DNA from: Lingula anatina | Lineage: Eukaryota; Animalia; Brachiopoda | Assembly (NCBI GenBank): GCA_051362555.1 | Contig: CM120642.1 | Location: 930,001 to 994,000 of the forward strand | Length of the DNA stretch: 64,000 nucleotides | Reading direction: 5' to 3' | Notes under the pieces: model-generated | What the model saw: only the letters and a program-made list of their open reading frames with translations | Told to the model about the DNA's origin: nothing | Databases searched by the model: none | Part shown: in pieces, positions 53,701-64,000 of the stretch | Position numbering within the stretch: the first letter of the stretch is position 1 | How the letters are laid out: each line of letters opens with the position of its first letter | Position numbers and translations under genes: made by a program

Positions 53701-55445
53701 ATGATGAAGACAAGTTGCATCGGTTTGCTTCTACTGGGCCTCTGGGCGTATTCGGCAGGTAAACTGATGGCTTTAACTTTATCAATATTTCAAGTGATAT
53801 GTACAACATGCTCATTTACTTACAGTTCCAATCACTTTGTTCTCCTTTTTTTCATTCCATTAGGCGTGTTGATTAAATCTTCTATTTTTCTCTTCAATAT
53901 TCAGCCCACAGCGTGGTCAATGCGCCCACGTACACCGCCTGGATCGCTGAGTGGGGCGAATGGGGTAATTACAGCATGTGCACGGCAAGCTGTGGCGGAG
54001 GAATCAAGATGCGAACAAGAGAGTGCGTTTTGAAGAAGATCCACTACCATTATTTCTATAATGTTGGTACCAAACCCTCTTGCTGTGCCGGAGCGTCTGT
54101 TGAGGTGGAACCATGTAATACCCACATGTGTGTCAGTAAGTGTGCTCGTTTTTGTTTTCAGATTTTCATTGAAGTGGGAATTTCAAAATCTGAAACTTTC
54201 CACAAAATATAAGCTTACAAGTAACAAGACTGGTATTCTTTTTTAAAAAAATAATTCAGGTTTCCAGAACAAGTTCCATTTGGAATATTTCCACACGCGC
54301 ACAGCCGTCTCATTTACAGCATTTCCCCTCTCAAAACATTCAATGACTTTGTTTGAAGTGGCTGTGAAATGTTTTCAGTAAAATGTCCTCAGCTTGGAGC
54401 AAACTTACACTAAATATTCCATCTTTTCAGTCATTGGCGGATGGTCCCCTTGGTCAATCAACACTGGCTGCTGTAACGGGCTGAAGATCAGACACCGTAG
54501 TTGTACCAACCCTACCCCGGTCAACTCACCAGAATGTACCGGGCCTGCAGTGGACAGTGTTATGTGTGGACCAGAGGACAAAGAGATCTGTGTGGGCTGC
54601 CCGAGAGACTGTCCCAGACGTAAGTAAAATGGTTCCATAGGGGTTGTGTAATAAGCTTGTGCTCACTAGCTCAGCAGGGACTCTCGCTGAATACAACCAA
54701 ATTAATGCACTAACACGCCTTTTCTTGTTCCCAGCGTACTCTTGGATGGTCAGTACTATACCGTATACAGGACATGGTACAGACATGCTGGACAATATAG
54801 GGTAGTTTCCACTGACCTCTGCTTCTCAATGAACTAGAATTTGTCAAAATATAATATCTTAGTTGTAAAAGATGGACTGTAAGGAACAATCAAAATGATT
54901 GCCATGTCTTCAATTTCTCTAAGTGGTTAGTTATTTCAGTTCAACATCAGAACTTGCTTTGTATTGCTTCGGGTTTCTTTCAATTCGGGGTTAGTTTCAT
55001 TGGAACATCTCAATTCCAAGTAATAACAACTTTACTTTAGAACAAAACGTGCAAATATCATTTCTTACTCGTCTATTTACCAAAACTATTTGCAGGTAGA
55101 AAACACCAGTGGAAAAACTAAAATATACTCATTTTCTGTTTTCGCTATTCTATAGGTTGATTTTTTGTGTGCTCACCTATAGCTAACCTTTGTTAAAAGC
55201 TTTTCAAACCAGTGGCCTATAGTTTGTCTCAAATTTTGATTAAGAAACTTGCTTTCACTTGATTGTGCACTTGATCCAAGCGGTTCACAAGCAACCACAT
55301 TGATAACAAGATCTCGTTTATTCTCATTTCAGCGAGTATTCATTACCCCTACGCTCCGGTTGCTAAATATCCCTACTATCCGCAGTATCAAGTCGCTGAT
55401 CATGGGCACGACCAAGATCAGGACGCTATGCAGGGCCCGAATTAA
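53701..55445 (+). CDS. Gene G: secreted 2xTSR protein with Tyr/Pro tail, 196 aa (exons 53701-53758, 53905-54135, 54431-54619, 55333-55445)
   Basis: Same exon lengths, phases and splice sites as F; signal peptide MMKTSCIGLLLLGLWAYSA; no disruptions. Confidence 0.88.
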
Positions 55446-56308
55446 GACGCTCGTTGCTCCTGCCTTACCGTCGGCGGCCTCCATGTGATAACAATTTTGA
55501 CATCATTTCAAACATTATTTGCTTCTCAAACCAATCCGACTTCTACAGAGTAAATAAAGAAAAAAATGAGAAGTAAAAAATGAAAAAAATTTGAGTTCAA
55601 CTGACACGATTATTGTGCGCCGTCACGATATTAAGGCAATTAAATTCAGTGAACAGTAGTCACTGCTTTTACCTTTATAAAATATGGTTAAAGTGCATTC
55701 AAATCAAAGTACGTTACTATCGTTTAAAAGTTTAGACATCTTTTGAAATATATTTTTTTCGCTCCCTTCCACCTCTGAAAATATACAATTGAAAAGGAAA
55801 TTGTTTAAGAAAAAGTAATTAAACAATTTTGTAGTATGTCAATTTATGTAATAATATCAGACAACTTGAGAAGATATGAAATAAAAAGGCAGCAAGGACT
55901 AAATAAGTTGTTTTCCATTTCTTGCAATGTCAGTGTGACACGATATGTTGCTTAATGTGTCTGGCGTTAACATCATATACCTCGTTGCGAACGACTCGCA
56001 TGAAAAAGACATTTAGTTCAAAATAATAAGTTTAAAATGTTATTTTTGAAGCTGGTGTAATACAGATAATTTACCTTGCTTACTCTTCCAAATTAAACAG
56101 ACTCCTTTAAAGTACCTTAACTTCTGGAATTCAGCGTTCAGGCCCTGTCCACGAGATTTTATTTTCTAATAGGAGAAACACGTTGATGTCCACAAAATGA
56201 AAATTTTATAGGTTCTTTGGGGCACATCTGGCACACCCGAACATTACAAAAAAAGGAGTTCACATAGTTCCGAAAGTCCATCTGTATTTTCCATGCCTCC
56301 CTCACACT

Positions 56309-56345
<37 letters not shown>

Positions 56346-58229
56346 CGTGGAACGGGGGGGGGGGGTGTACCTAGAGATCGAACCATATGTTTCTGGAAAA
56401 TGACGGCTCATTCACGGTTTGGATAATCGAGGAAATATGATCAGAATTTAATGTCGGTGCTCTATGGATGAAAAACATTATAATAAATATCAAATGAACT
56501 TACTTCTATGGCAGTATTGTAAATAACAGTGAGCTTTATGTAGTCGATGTATCATCTTAATAATAGATAGCAAGACGTCTGATACATTTGTGATATCTCA
56601 GCGACCAAATATTATCAACCAGGCTGACTGATGCGTATCTTGCAGTTTAATGTTATGATACTGTACTGTAACTAACACGAATTGTTTGGCTTTATTTAAA
56701 AGATACTTTTTGGAGGCATAAGGCATTATGATGAGTTAAAAAATGAAAAAAAATCACATCTAACCAAGATGTTCTCTATTTTTGTGATGTCAGTGTGACA
56801 CGGTATGTTGCTTAATGTGTCTGTCGTTAACATGAAATACCTCCTTGCAAACGACTCGCATGAAAAAAGACATATAGTTCAAAATAATAAATTTAAAATG
56901 TCCTTTTTAAGTTGGTGCAATACAGAATATTTACCTTGCTTTCTCTTCCAAATTAAACAGATACCTTTAAAGTACTTTAACCTCTTGAATTCAGCGTTCC
57001 ATAAAGGCCAGAAACAAGTTGATGTCCACAAAATAAAAATTTTATAGGTTCTTTGGGGCACATCATGCACACCGATACATTATAAAGAAAGAAGTTTCCA
57101 TAGTTTCGAAAGTTCATTTTTCCTTACCATATCTCTCCCTGTATGTGGGACGGAAGGGGGGGGGGGGGAGAGGGGAGGGGGGGGGTTCTGAGAGGCCAAA
57201 CCATATCTTTTGGGCAACGGTTTGGATAATTGGGGGAACATGATCAGATTTTAACGTTGGTGCTGTAAGGATGAAATACATTATAATAAATATCAAATGA
57301 ACTTTCTTCCATGGCTTTATAATATTTCTAAAATACTGTCTATATACGTTAAATAAAGATATCAAATATCGTACTTCCTTCTCCGTTTTCTGCGGTTTCG
57401 TAATATCCTTGTTTAATTATTGGGTTTGAACGTGTGTTATTAGATCACTTATTGTAAGTTGAAATATGTCTTATTGTTTAAAGATATTCTGCATATGATC
57501 TAAATCTACCATACGTATCCTGCAAAGCTAATACCTTTCCCAATTCAGGTCTTAAAAAAGATAAAACCGCTCAAATAAAAGTACCTACCTTTTCCCTGTG
57601 TAGAAAGAAATGGCGTTCCAAATGCTTGACCAGTCATTTAGAACTAAAGCATTAAACTAGAAGCTGCATTCTGGCGTGTAAAACCCGAATAGAGCTCCTT
57701 AAAAGTACAAGAACGTATGTCAAAACCAGTTAATACTGGTCAACGATCTCGTGATCATATCATGCCATTAAGTAGACATACAAAGCTGGAGTTATCATGT
57801 TTTCCACCTGCTCATGAAGGATGACTCACATGGGTTTAAAAAGATATAAATGTAAAGTTTGAATTGAAAGTCAGGATGGCAAAATGCTGCCAGTCATAAA
57901 TCTTGCCAGGCAGCATGATTTTTATGTTCATTAAATATTTGAATGTACAAAAATACAAATGATAAAAAACTCTTAATGTGGGATAATTATGTACAGGTGT
58001 TTCTTAAGAATAAAATGAATTATCAGATCTACGTTGTCAAGTATTAAGTAAGAGATTGGTATAGTCTTAGATTCTGCAATATCAGATATGATATAATAAT
58101 GATTGTTTTTATTTTTCGCTCTGCGCTGTTTACATACATTATCTAAAACTCCATAGATTAATTAAAAACAAATATAAAAGTAATAAAATTCCAATAAAGA
58201 CATACATTGATCAACATACCGAGATCAAA

Positions 58230-59110
58230 TCTACGTTGCAACAAAGGGTACAGACCAATGGTACAGATTTCAATGGCTGCCACCTCGAGGAATGGAGCCG
58301 TCAACTCAGCCTCCCAAGCGAGATCCTGACTTATAATTGCAATCAAGCGGTCTAGTTCCTGTTTTCAGTCTTATTACGATTTTGGTTTCAAGCGGCTCTG
58401 GATACGGTCTCATACTTTAAAGTTAGGGGTAATTTTTAGAGCGAAAATAAACACATTACATCACATTTTAAGGGTAATTGCCATGACGCAAGGTGTCTGG
58501 GGTGCCGGTGTTCAGTATTTAAATACGAGACACTCCAAACTGTAACACGCAGCTGTTTAAGGATTCAGCAAGGGGCAACCATGAAGTTCGTTGACGTTAA
58601 AAGGATTTGGTATCGTTTTTATCTTTGGTTTCATTATAACATTGTTTAATTTTGCTTAGCACTTGGAATTTTAGAACGAAAAGAATGAAGCAGTGCTATT
58701 TCTTCAATCAACATGCAGTATTAAAATGTTATAAAGCTATATATTTCAATGTAATGTCTGCCAAGTGATAAAAGACAGGAATGCTGCATTTCTGCAGTAG
58801 TGAGATTTTCCCGACTTTTTGGGAGACAAAAATTTCATTTTTGAGAACGATGCAGGTAACTCCTAGGGCCCCACGCCACGTTATAAACTGGTATTTATCT
58901 GATTTATTCTTTGCATATTTCTGTACTGTGTACAAAGGACGACACCACCCATGTAAACTCTAGTAGACTGTAGGGACTGTCCATTTATGTTTACGTCAAA
59001 TTATGTAATTCTGAAAGAAGACCTAGGACAATACACATTGAAGAGACAACAGCTAACACAGCATATTATTTTCACTCTATTTTTTCAAGATTTATCTTTG
59101 TTACAATATG
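58230..59110 (+). pseudogene. Deleted copy 2 of gene E (promoter, first codons, intron-2 piece, 3' UTR piece)
   Basis: ATG at 58581 with the same deletion junction as copy 1; 58987-59105 matches the E 3' UTR at about 44960-45080. Confidence 0.8.
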
Positions 59111-59329
59111 ATAAATTTTTAAGTAAAAAAAAAAAAATGAAAAAAACTTGTCTGATTTTTAAAAAGCGCACTTTGTTGCGTCTTAGTGCTGTTTACAATA
59201 ATGTATTGTACATTATTGGATTGAAAATGAACACCAGTAAGAAAAAAGTAATATTTGGACCACTAACCACCCCTTGTACAAATAAAGGTCAACAACAAAG
59301 AGATAGAAGCAGTAGAAGAGCATGTATAT

Positions 59330-59835
59330 CTCGAGCAGAAATTCAGCCTCAGCCACAGAACACAGAACAGAAAGAAGTCCAAAGAAGAATAAATCCAGGA
59401 TCGGTAGCATTTACAATGCACAAAGACATACATTTATTCAAATGCAACCTCCCCACGAGTCTGAGAGGAAAAGTGCTCCATGCATGTGTATTGCCGGTTG
59501 TCATCTCTGGTTCAGTGACATGGGCAATGAATGCAAACATGGGAAAAACACAAGTAGCACAGAGAAAGATGGAAAGAAGGTTGTTGAACAGCAGGGTAAG
59601 AGATAGGAAGACCACTTAGTGGATAAGATAACAGAAGAAGTATGTGCTGCTTACAATTATGACAGATGGACAATAAGGCTGACAGAATGGACACCAAGAT
59701 ATGGACATAAGAAACCAGGGAAGCCTCGTAAGTGATGGAGGCATGGTTTAGATGAGTATTAAAAAATAGCAAACTGGACAAACTGGAATAAGCATGCTGA
59801 GACCTGCGTCCAAAGGTGGAACACGTTAGGTTCTT
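59330..59835 (+). mobile_element. RTE-clade LINE 3' fragment (copy 2)
   Basis: KEVQRRI...LPTSLRGKVLHACVLPVVISGSVTWAM...QVAQRKMERRLL...RDRKTT matches the RTE post-RT region. Stops downstream. Confidence 0.8.
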
Positions 59836-60173
59836 AATGGTGATGGTGATGATTACTAACATTATTTTAATTTGTTTGAGGTTTAGCCAACCAGATAAAA
59901 CATAAACTACAAATTCATTCGATCTTTTCGGTAGAGAGGGGAGGGAGCTCGTTCCATCGTAAATGTGCACGACCTAAACTAAAACAGAAAGATGGTTCTA
60001 AATATAGATTGGCAAGGTGTTCATGCATATCTTTGAGGTAAAGCTGGTGCAAGGAAAAGATCGTCGTCTGATGGAAAGTTTCTCAGTGCGACTCCACGTT
60101 GCATCCCCGACCCCTCTCCCCTCAAGTCGAGATGTGAACACTCGGGGTTACCTAAAGACGGCTGGGGCATCTG

Positions 60174-60299
60174 TGACGTCATTAGCGACATTTTTGTGGG
60201 TTCGTCGGGCGAAAAAACCGTGAACCAACGACCTCAACGGACTGTCACCATGGCAACGGCCAGTGACCTGACGGACCTGCCCGTCTCGGATGTTATAAA
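60174..60299 (+). promoter_or_regulatory. Promoter of gene H: CRE 60174-60181, X-box 60244-60257, TATAAA
   Basis: TGACGTCA, GTCACCATGGCAAC and TATAAA in the same order as in F. Confidence 0.55.
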
Positions 60300-60349
60300 T
60301 GTGGAGCTTCTACTCGCTGGCCGCATCTCTTCGGGGGTTTCACCATCAG

Positions 60350-62207
60350 ATGATGAAGACAAGTTGCATCAGTTTGCTTCTTCTGGGCCTCTGGGCGTAT
60401 TCGGCAGGTAAACTGATGGCTTTAATTTTATCAATATCTCAAGTGATATATACAACATGCTCATTTACTTACTGTCTCTGATCTTTAATGATATTCATCT
60501 TTCAGTTGACTGAATCAAACCTTCTGCTATGTACCAACAACAGCGTAAATGCTATTTCTTTTATATTATCTTCTAATGAAAATGAAAAAAGTTCCAATCA
60601 CTTTGTTCTCCTTATTTTTATTCCATGAGGCGTGTTGATCAAATCTTCTATTTTTCTCTTCAATATTCAGCCCACAGCGTGGTCAATGCGCCCACTTACA
60701 CCGCCTGGATCGCTGAGTGGAGCGAATGGGGGAATTACAGCATATGCACGGCGAGTTGTGGCGGAGGAATCAAGATGAGAACAAGAGAGTGCGTTTTGAA
60801 GAAGGTTCACTACCATTATTTCTATAATGTTGGTACCAAACCCTCTTGCTGTGCCGGAGCGTCTGTTGAGGTGGAACCATGTAATACCCACATGTGCGTC
60901 AGTAAGTGTGCTCGTTTTTGTTTTCAGATTTTCATCGAGGTGTTATAAAATATTTGGCATTTCAAAATATGAAATTTACCAAAAAAATTTACAAGTCGCA
61001 AAACTGGTATTTTTAAAAAATCCATCTCATTAGCAGCATCTTTCAGTGTTGAAACACTTAATGACTATGACTGATTTGCTGTGTAATGTTTTCTGTAAAA
61101 TGTCCTCAGCTTGGACGTATATCTCAGACTATGTATTCCATTTTCTATCAGTCATTGGCGGATGGTCCCCGTGGTCCATCAACACTGGCTGTTGTAACGG
61201 AATAAAGATTAGACACCGTAGTTGTACCAACCCTACCCCGGTCAACTCACCAGAATGTACCGGGCCTGCAGTGGACAGTGTTATGTGTGGACCAGAGGAC
61301 AAAGAGATCTGTGTGGGATGTCCAAGAGACTGTCCAAGACGTAAGTAAAATGGAGTTGTTCAGAATGAGCTAGTGCTCACTAACTCCATGGCGACTCTTG
61401 CTGAATACAACCAAATTAACAGACTAACACGCCTCAACGTTCATACAATCACCAGCTTTTCTGCAATCAGTGGCAATCAGTGGTAGGGGTCGCCCCAAAT
61501 AACACATTGTAGCCTCTGGGTGATATCGCTATTCGCAATACACGACGCTTTCGAGTTACGGGGCCCTGTACTATACCGGATATATAATATCTTAGTTGTA
61601 AAAGATGGGTATTTTTTCGGCAAAAGGACTGTAAGGAACAATCAAAATGATTTCCATGTCTTCAATTTCTCTAAGCAGTTAGTTATTTAAGTTCAACATC
61701 AGAACTTGCTTTGTAATGCTTCGCGTTTCTTTCAATTCGGGGTTAGTTTCAGTGGAACATCTCAACTCCAAATAATAACAACTTGACATTTGAAATATTT
61801 TACAAAATGTGCAAATGCCCTTTTTAATCGTCTTTTTACCAAAACTATCTCAAGGCGGAAAACATCAATGGAAAAACTAAAATATACTCATTTTCTGCTT
61901 TCGTTATTCTATTCTATTGGTTGATTTTTTGTGTCCTCACCTATAGCTAACCTTTGTTAAATTCTTTTCAAACCAGTGACCTATAATTTGTCTCAAATTT
62001 TGATTAAGAAACTTGCTTTCACTTAAAGGTGCACTTGATCCAAGCATCTTTTGCAACGACATTGATATCAAGGTCTCGTTTATTCTCGTTTCAGCGAGTA
62101 TGTATTACCCTTACGCTCCGGTCGCTAAACACCCCTACTTTCCGCAGTATCAAGTCGCTGATCATGGGCACGACCAAGATCAGGACAATATGCAGGGCCC
62201 GAACTAA
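60350..62207 (+). CDS. Gene H: secreted 2xTSR protein with Tyr/Pro tail, 196 aa (exons 60350-60407, 60671-60901, 61152-61340, 62095-62207)
   Basis: Same structure as F and G; tail PSMYYPYAPVAKHPYFPQYQVADHGHDQDQDNMQGPN*. Confidence 0.88.
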
Positions 62208-63043
62208 GACGCTCGTTGCTCCTGCCTTACCGTCGGCGGCCTCCAAGTGATAGCAATTTTGACAGCATTTCAAACATTATTTACTTCTTAAACCAATCCG
62301 ACTTCGACAGGGCCAAAGTAGAAAAAAAATGAGAAGTAAAAAGTGAAAAAAGGAGTAAAAGAAATTAAAGTTCAACTGACACGATTATTGTACGCCATCC
62401 CGTTATTAAGGCAATTAAATTCAGTGAACAGTAGACACTGCTCTTACCTTTATAAAAATGTGTTTAAATGGTATTAAAATCAAAATAAATACTATCGTTT
62501 AAAAAATTCAGAGATCTTTTCAAAAATATTGCTATCCTCTCCCTTCCAACTCTGATGAAAACAGAAATTGTTTGAGGAACAAGTATTTAAAAAACTACTT
62601 AGTATGTCGTTTTATGTAATGATAACAGACAACTTGAGAAGATGTGTAATAAAAAGGCAGCCACAGCTAACTTAGGTGTTTTCCATTTCTTGCGATGTCC
62701 ATCTAATAAAGTATGTTGCTTAATGTGTCTGTCGTTAAAATCAAATAGCTCGTTGCACACAACTCGCATAAAAAAAGACACTTAATTCAAAATAATCAGT
62801 TCAAAATGTCTTTTTTAGTATTTAAAGTTGGTGCAATACAGATAATTTACCTCGTTAACTCTTTCAAATTAAATAGATTCCTTTAAAGTACCTTAACCTC
62901 TGGAATTCAGCGACCCATAAACACAGATTCAGAGCAAAAGCACATGAGATTTTATTTTCTAACAGGAGAAACAAGCTGATGTTCACCAAATAAAAATTTC
63001 ATAGGTTCTTCGGAGCACATCTGGCGTACTGGGTCATTACAAA

Positions 63044-63341
63044 GGGACCATTCAGATTGAGAAAAGCCGAGTGCTAGTAAGGCCGCGATCTAAATATGAA
63101 AGGAAGACCGCTAATCCTGTAATGGTCTCTCCGCCTCTCACACGCCTCCCCACGCGTCGTCCCTGCAGGGGCATAGTAATTAAATCTCGGCTCAATTCAA
63201 CCGGTCGAGGGACAACGCGTGGGGAGGCGTGTGAGAGGCGGGGAGACCATTACAGGATTAGTGCTCTTCCTTTCATGTAGGTCTGCCATATTTAGGTCGC
63301 GGCCTTACTAGCACTCGGCTCTTCTCAATCTGAATGGTCCC
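63044..63341. mobile_element. 298-bp hairpin MITE (PIF/Harbinger-like, GGG...CCC termini)
   Basis: Arms of about 120 bp, GGGACCATTCAGATTGAG and CTCAATCTGAATGGTCCC at the ends; AAA flanks; paralogous empty sites near 49530 and 56245. Confidence 0.85.
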
Positions 63342-63397
63342 AAAAAAGAAAGAAGTTCACAAAGTTCCGAAAGTTCATCCTAGCTTTCCACCACCAC

Positions 63398-63400
<3 letters not shown>

Positions 63401-63457
<57 letters not shown>
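63401..63457. repeat. (CT)n microsatellite
   Basis: Directly visible; shorter at paralogous sites 56313-56342 and near 49595. Confidence 0.9.
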
Positions 63458-63458
<1 letters not shown>

Positions 63459-64000
63459 TGGGCTCATTCACGGTTTGGATAATCGAGGGAATATGATCAG
63501 AATTTAGTGTCGGTGCTGTATGGATGAAAAACATTAGAATTAATATCAAATGAACTTTCTTCTTTGATAGTATTGTAATTAACAGTGAGCTTTATGTAGT
63601 CGATCTATCATCCTTATAACAGATAGCAAGGCGTCTGAAACATGTGTAATATCACAGCGACCAAATATTATCAACCAGGCTGACTTATGTGTATCTTGCC
63701 ATTTAATGTTCTGAGACTGTGCAGGCACTAACACGAATAGTCCAGTCTTTGTTGTTTTCCGAGTTTTGAAAGATTTCGAAAATTCTCTATATATAGGCAA
63801 GATTTATTCGAAGTATAATTTTTGGGGCATTAAGCATTTATTCAATATGATGATAAAACACATCAAAGAAAAGTAACTACCGTTGGCATTATTTTCCCAA
63901 AATGTGCGGTAAGACATAGCGTTCCAAACGATAGGTCTGCCATTTAGAACTAAAACATTTAACTAGAAATTGAATTAAACATCGAAATTATGCAGGAGAC

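Larger units (their letters stand above)
48500..64000 (+). repeat. Tandem segmental duplication, period about 6.7 kb
   Basis: Exon 4 starts at 48653, 55333 and 62095. Spacers align, and the first two each contain an internal diverged duplication (near 49237/50066 and 55928/56788). Confidence 0.92.

Noticed and set aside
58987-59619. 210-aa ORF as a host gene
   Set aside because: Chance fusion of an E 3' UTR remnant with an RTE LINE fragment; broken in the paralogous copy.

Overview
Eukaryotic, AT-rich genomic DNA with GT-AG introns, probably from a marine invertebrate; the taxon cannot be determined from sequence alone. All gene models were spliced by hand. The window holds eight genes, each with a predicted signal peptide and a Cys-rich product. 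Three are two-exon galaxin-like di-Cys repeat genes: A on the minus strand running off the left edge, head-to-head with B, and C as a tandem copy of B. Gene D has three exons and encodes a somatomedin-B-like domain, a poly-Asp tract and a likely GPI signal. Genes E-H form a tandem array of four-exon genes with two thrombospondin type-1 repeats (TSR). Their last exon encodes either a His-rich tail with a natural His6 run (E) or a Tyr/Pro-rich tail (F, G, H), and two deleted copies of E lie between them. Interspersed are LINE fragments, a 3.4-kb Academ-like foldback element, several MITEs, a THAP remnant and simple repeats. Best candidate for an undescribed system (inference): a clustered secreted-matrix toolkit (biomineral, cuticle or adhesive) evolving by repeat expansion, unequal crossover and gene conversion.
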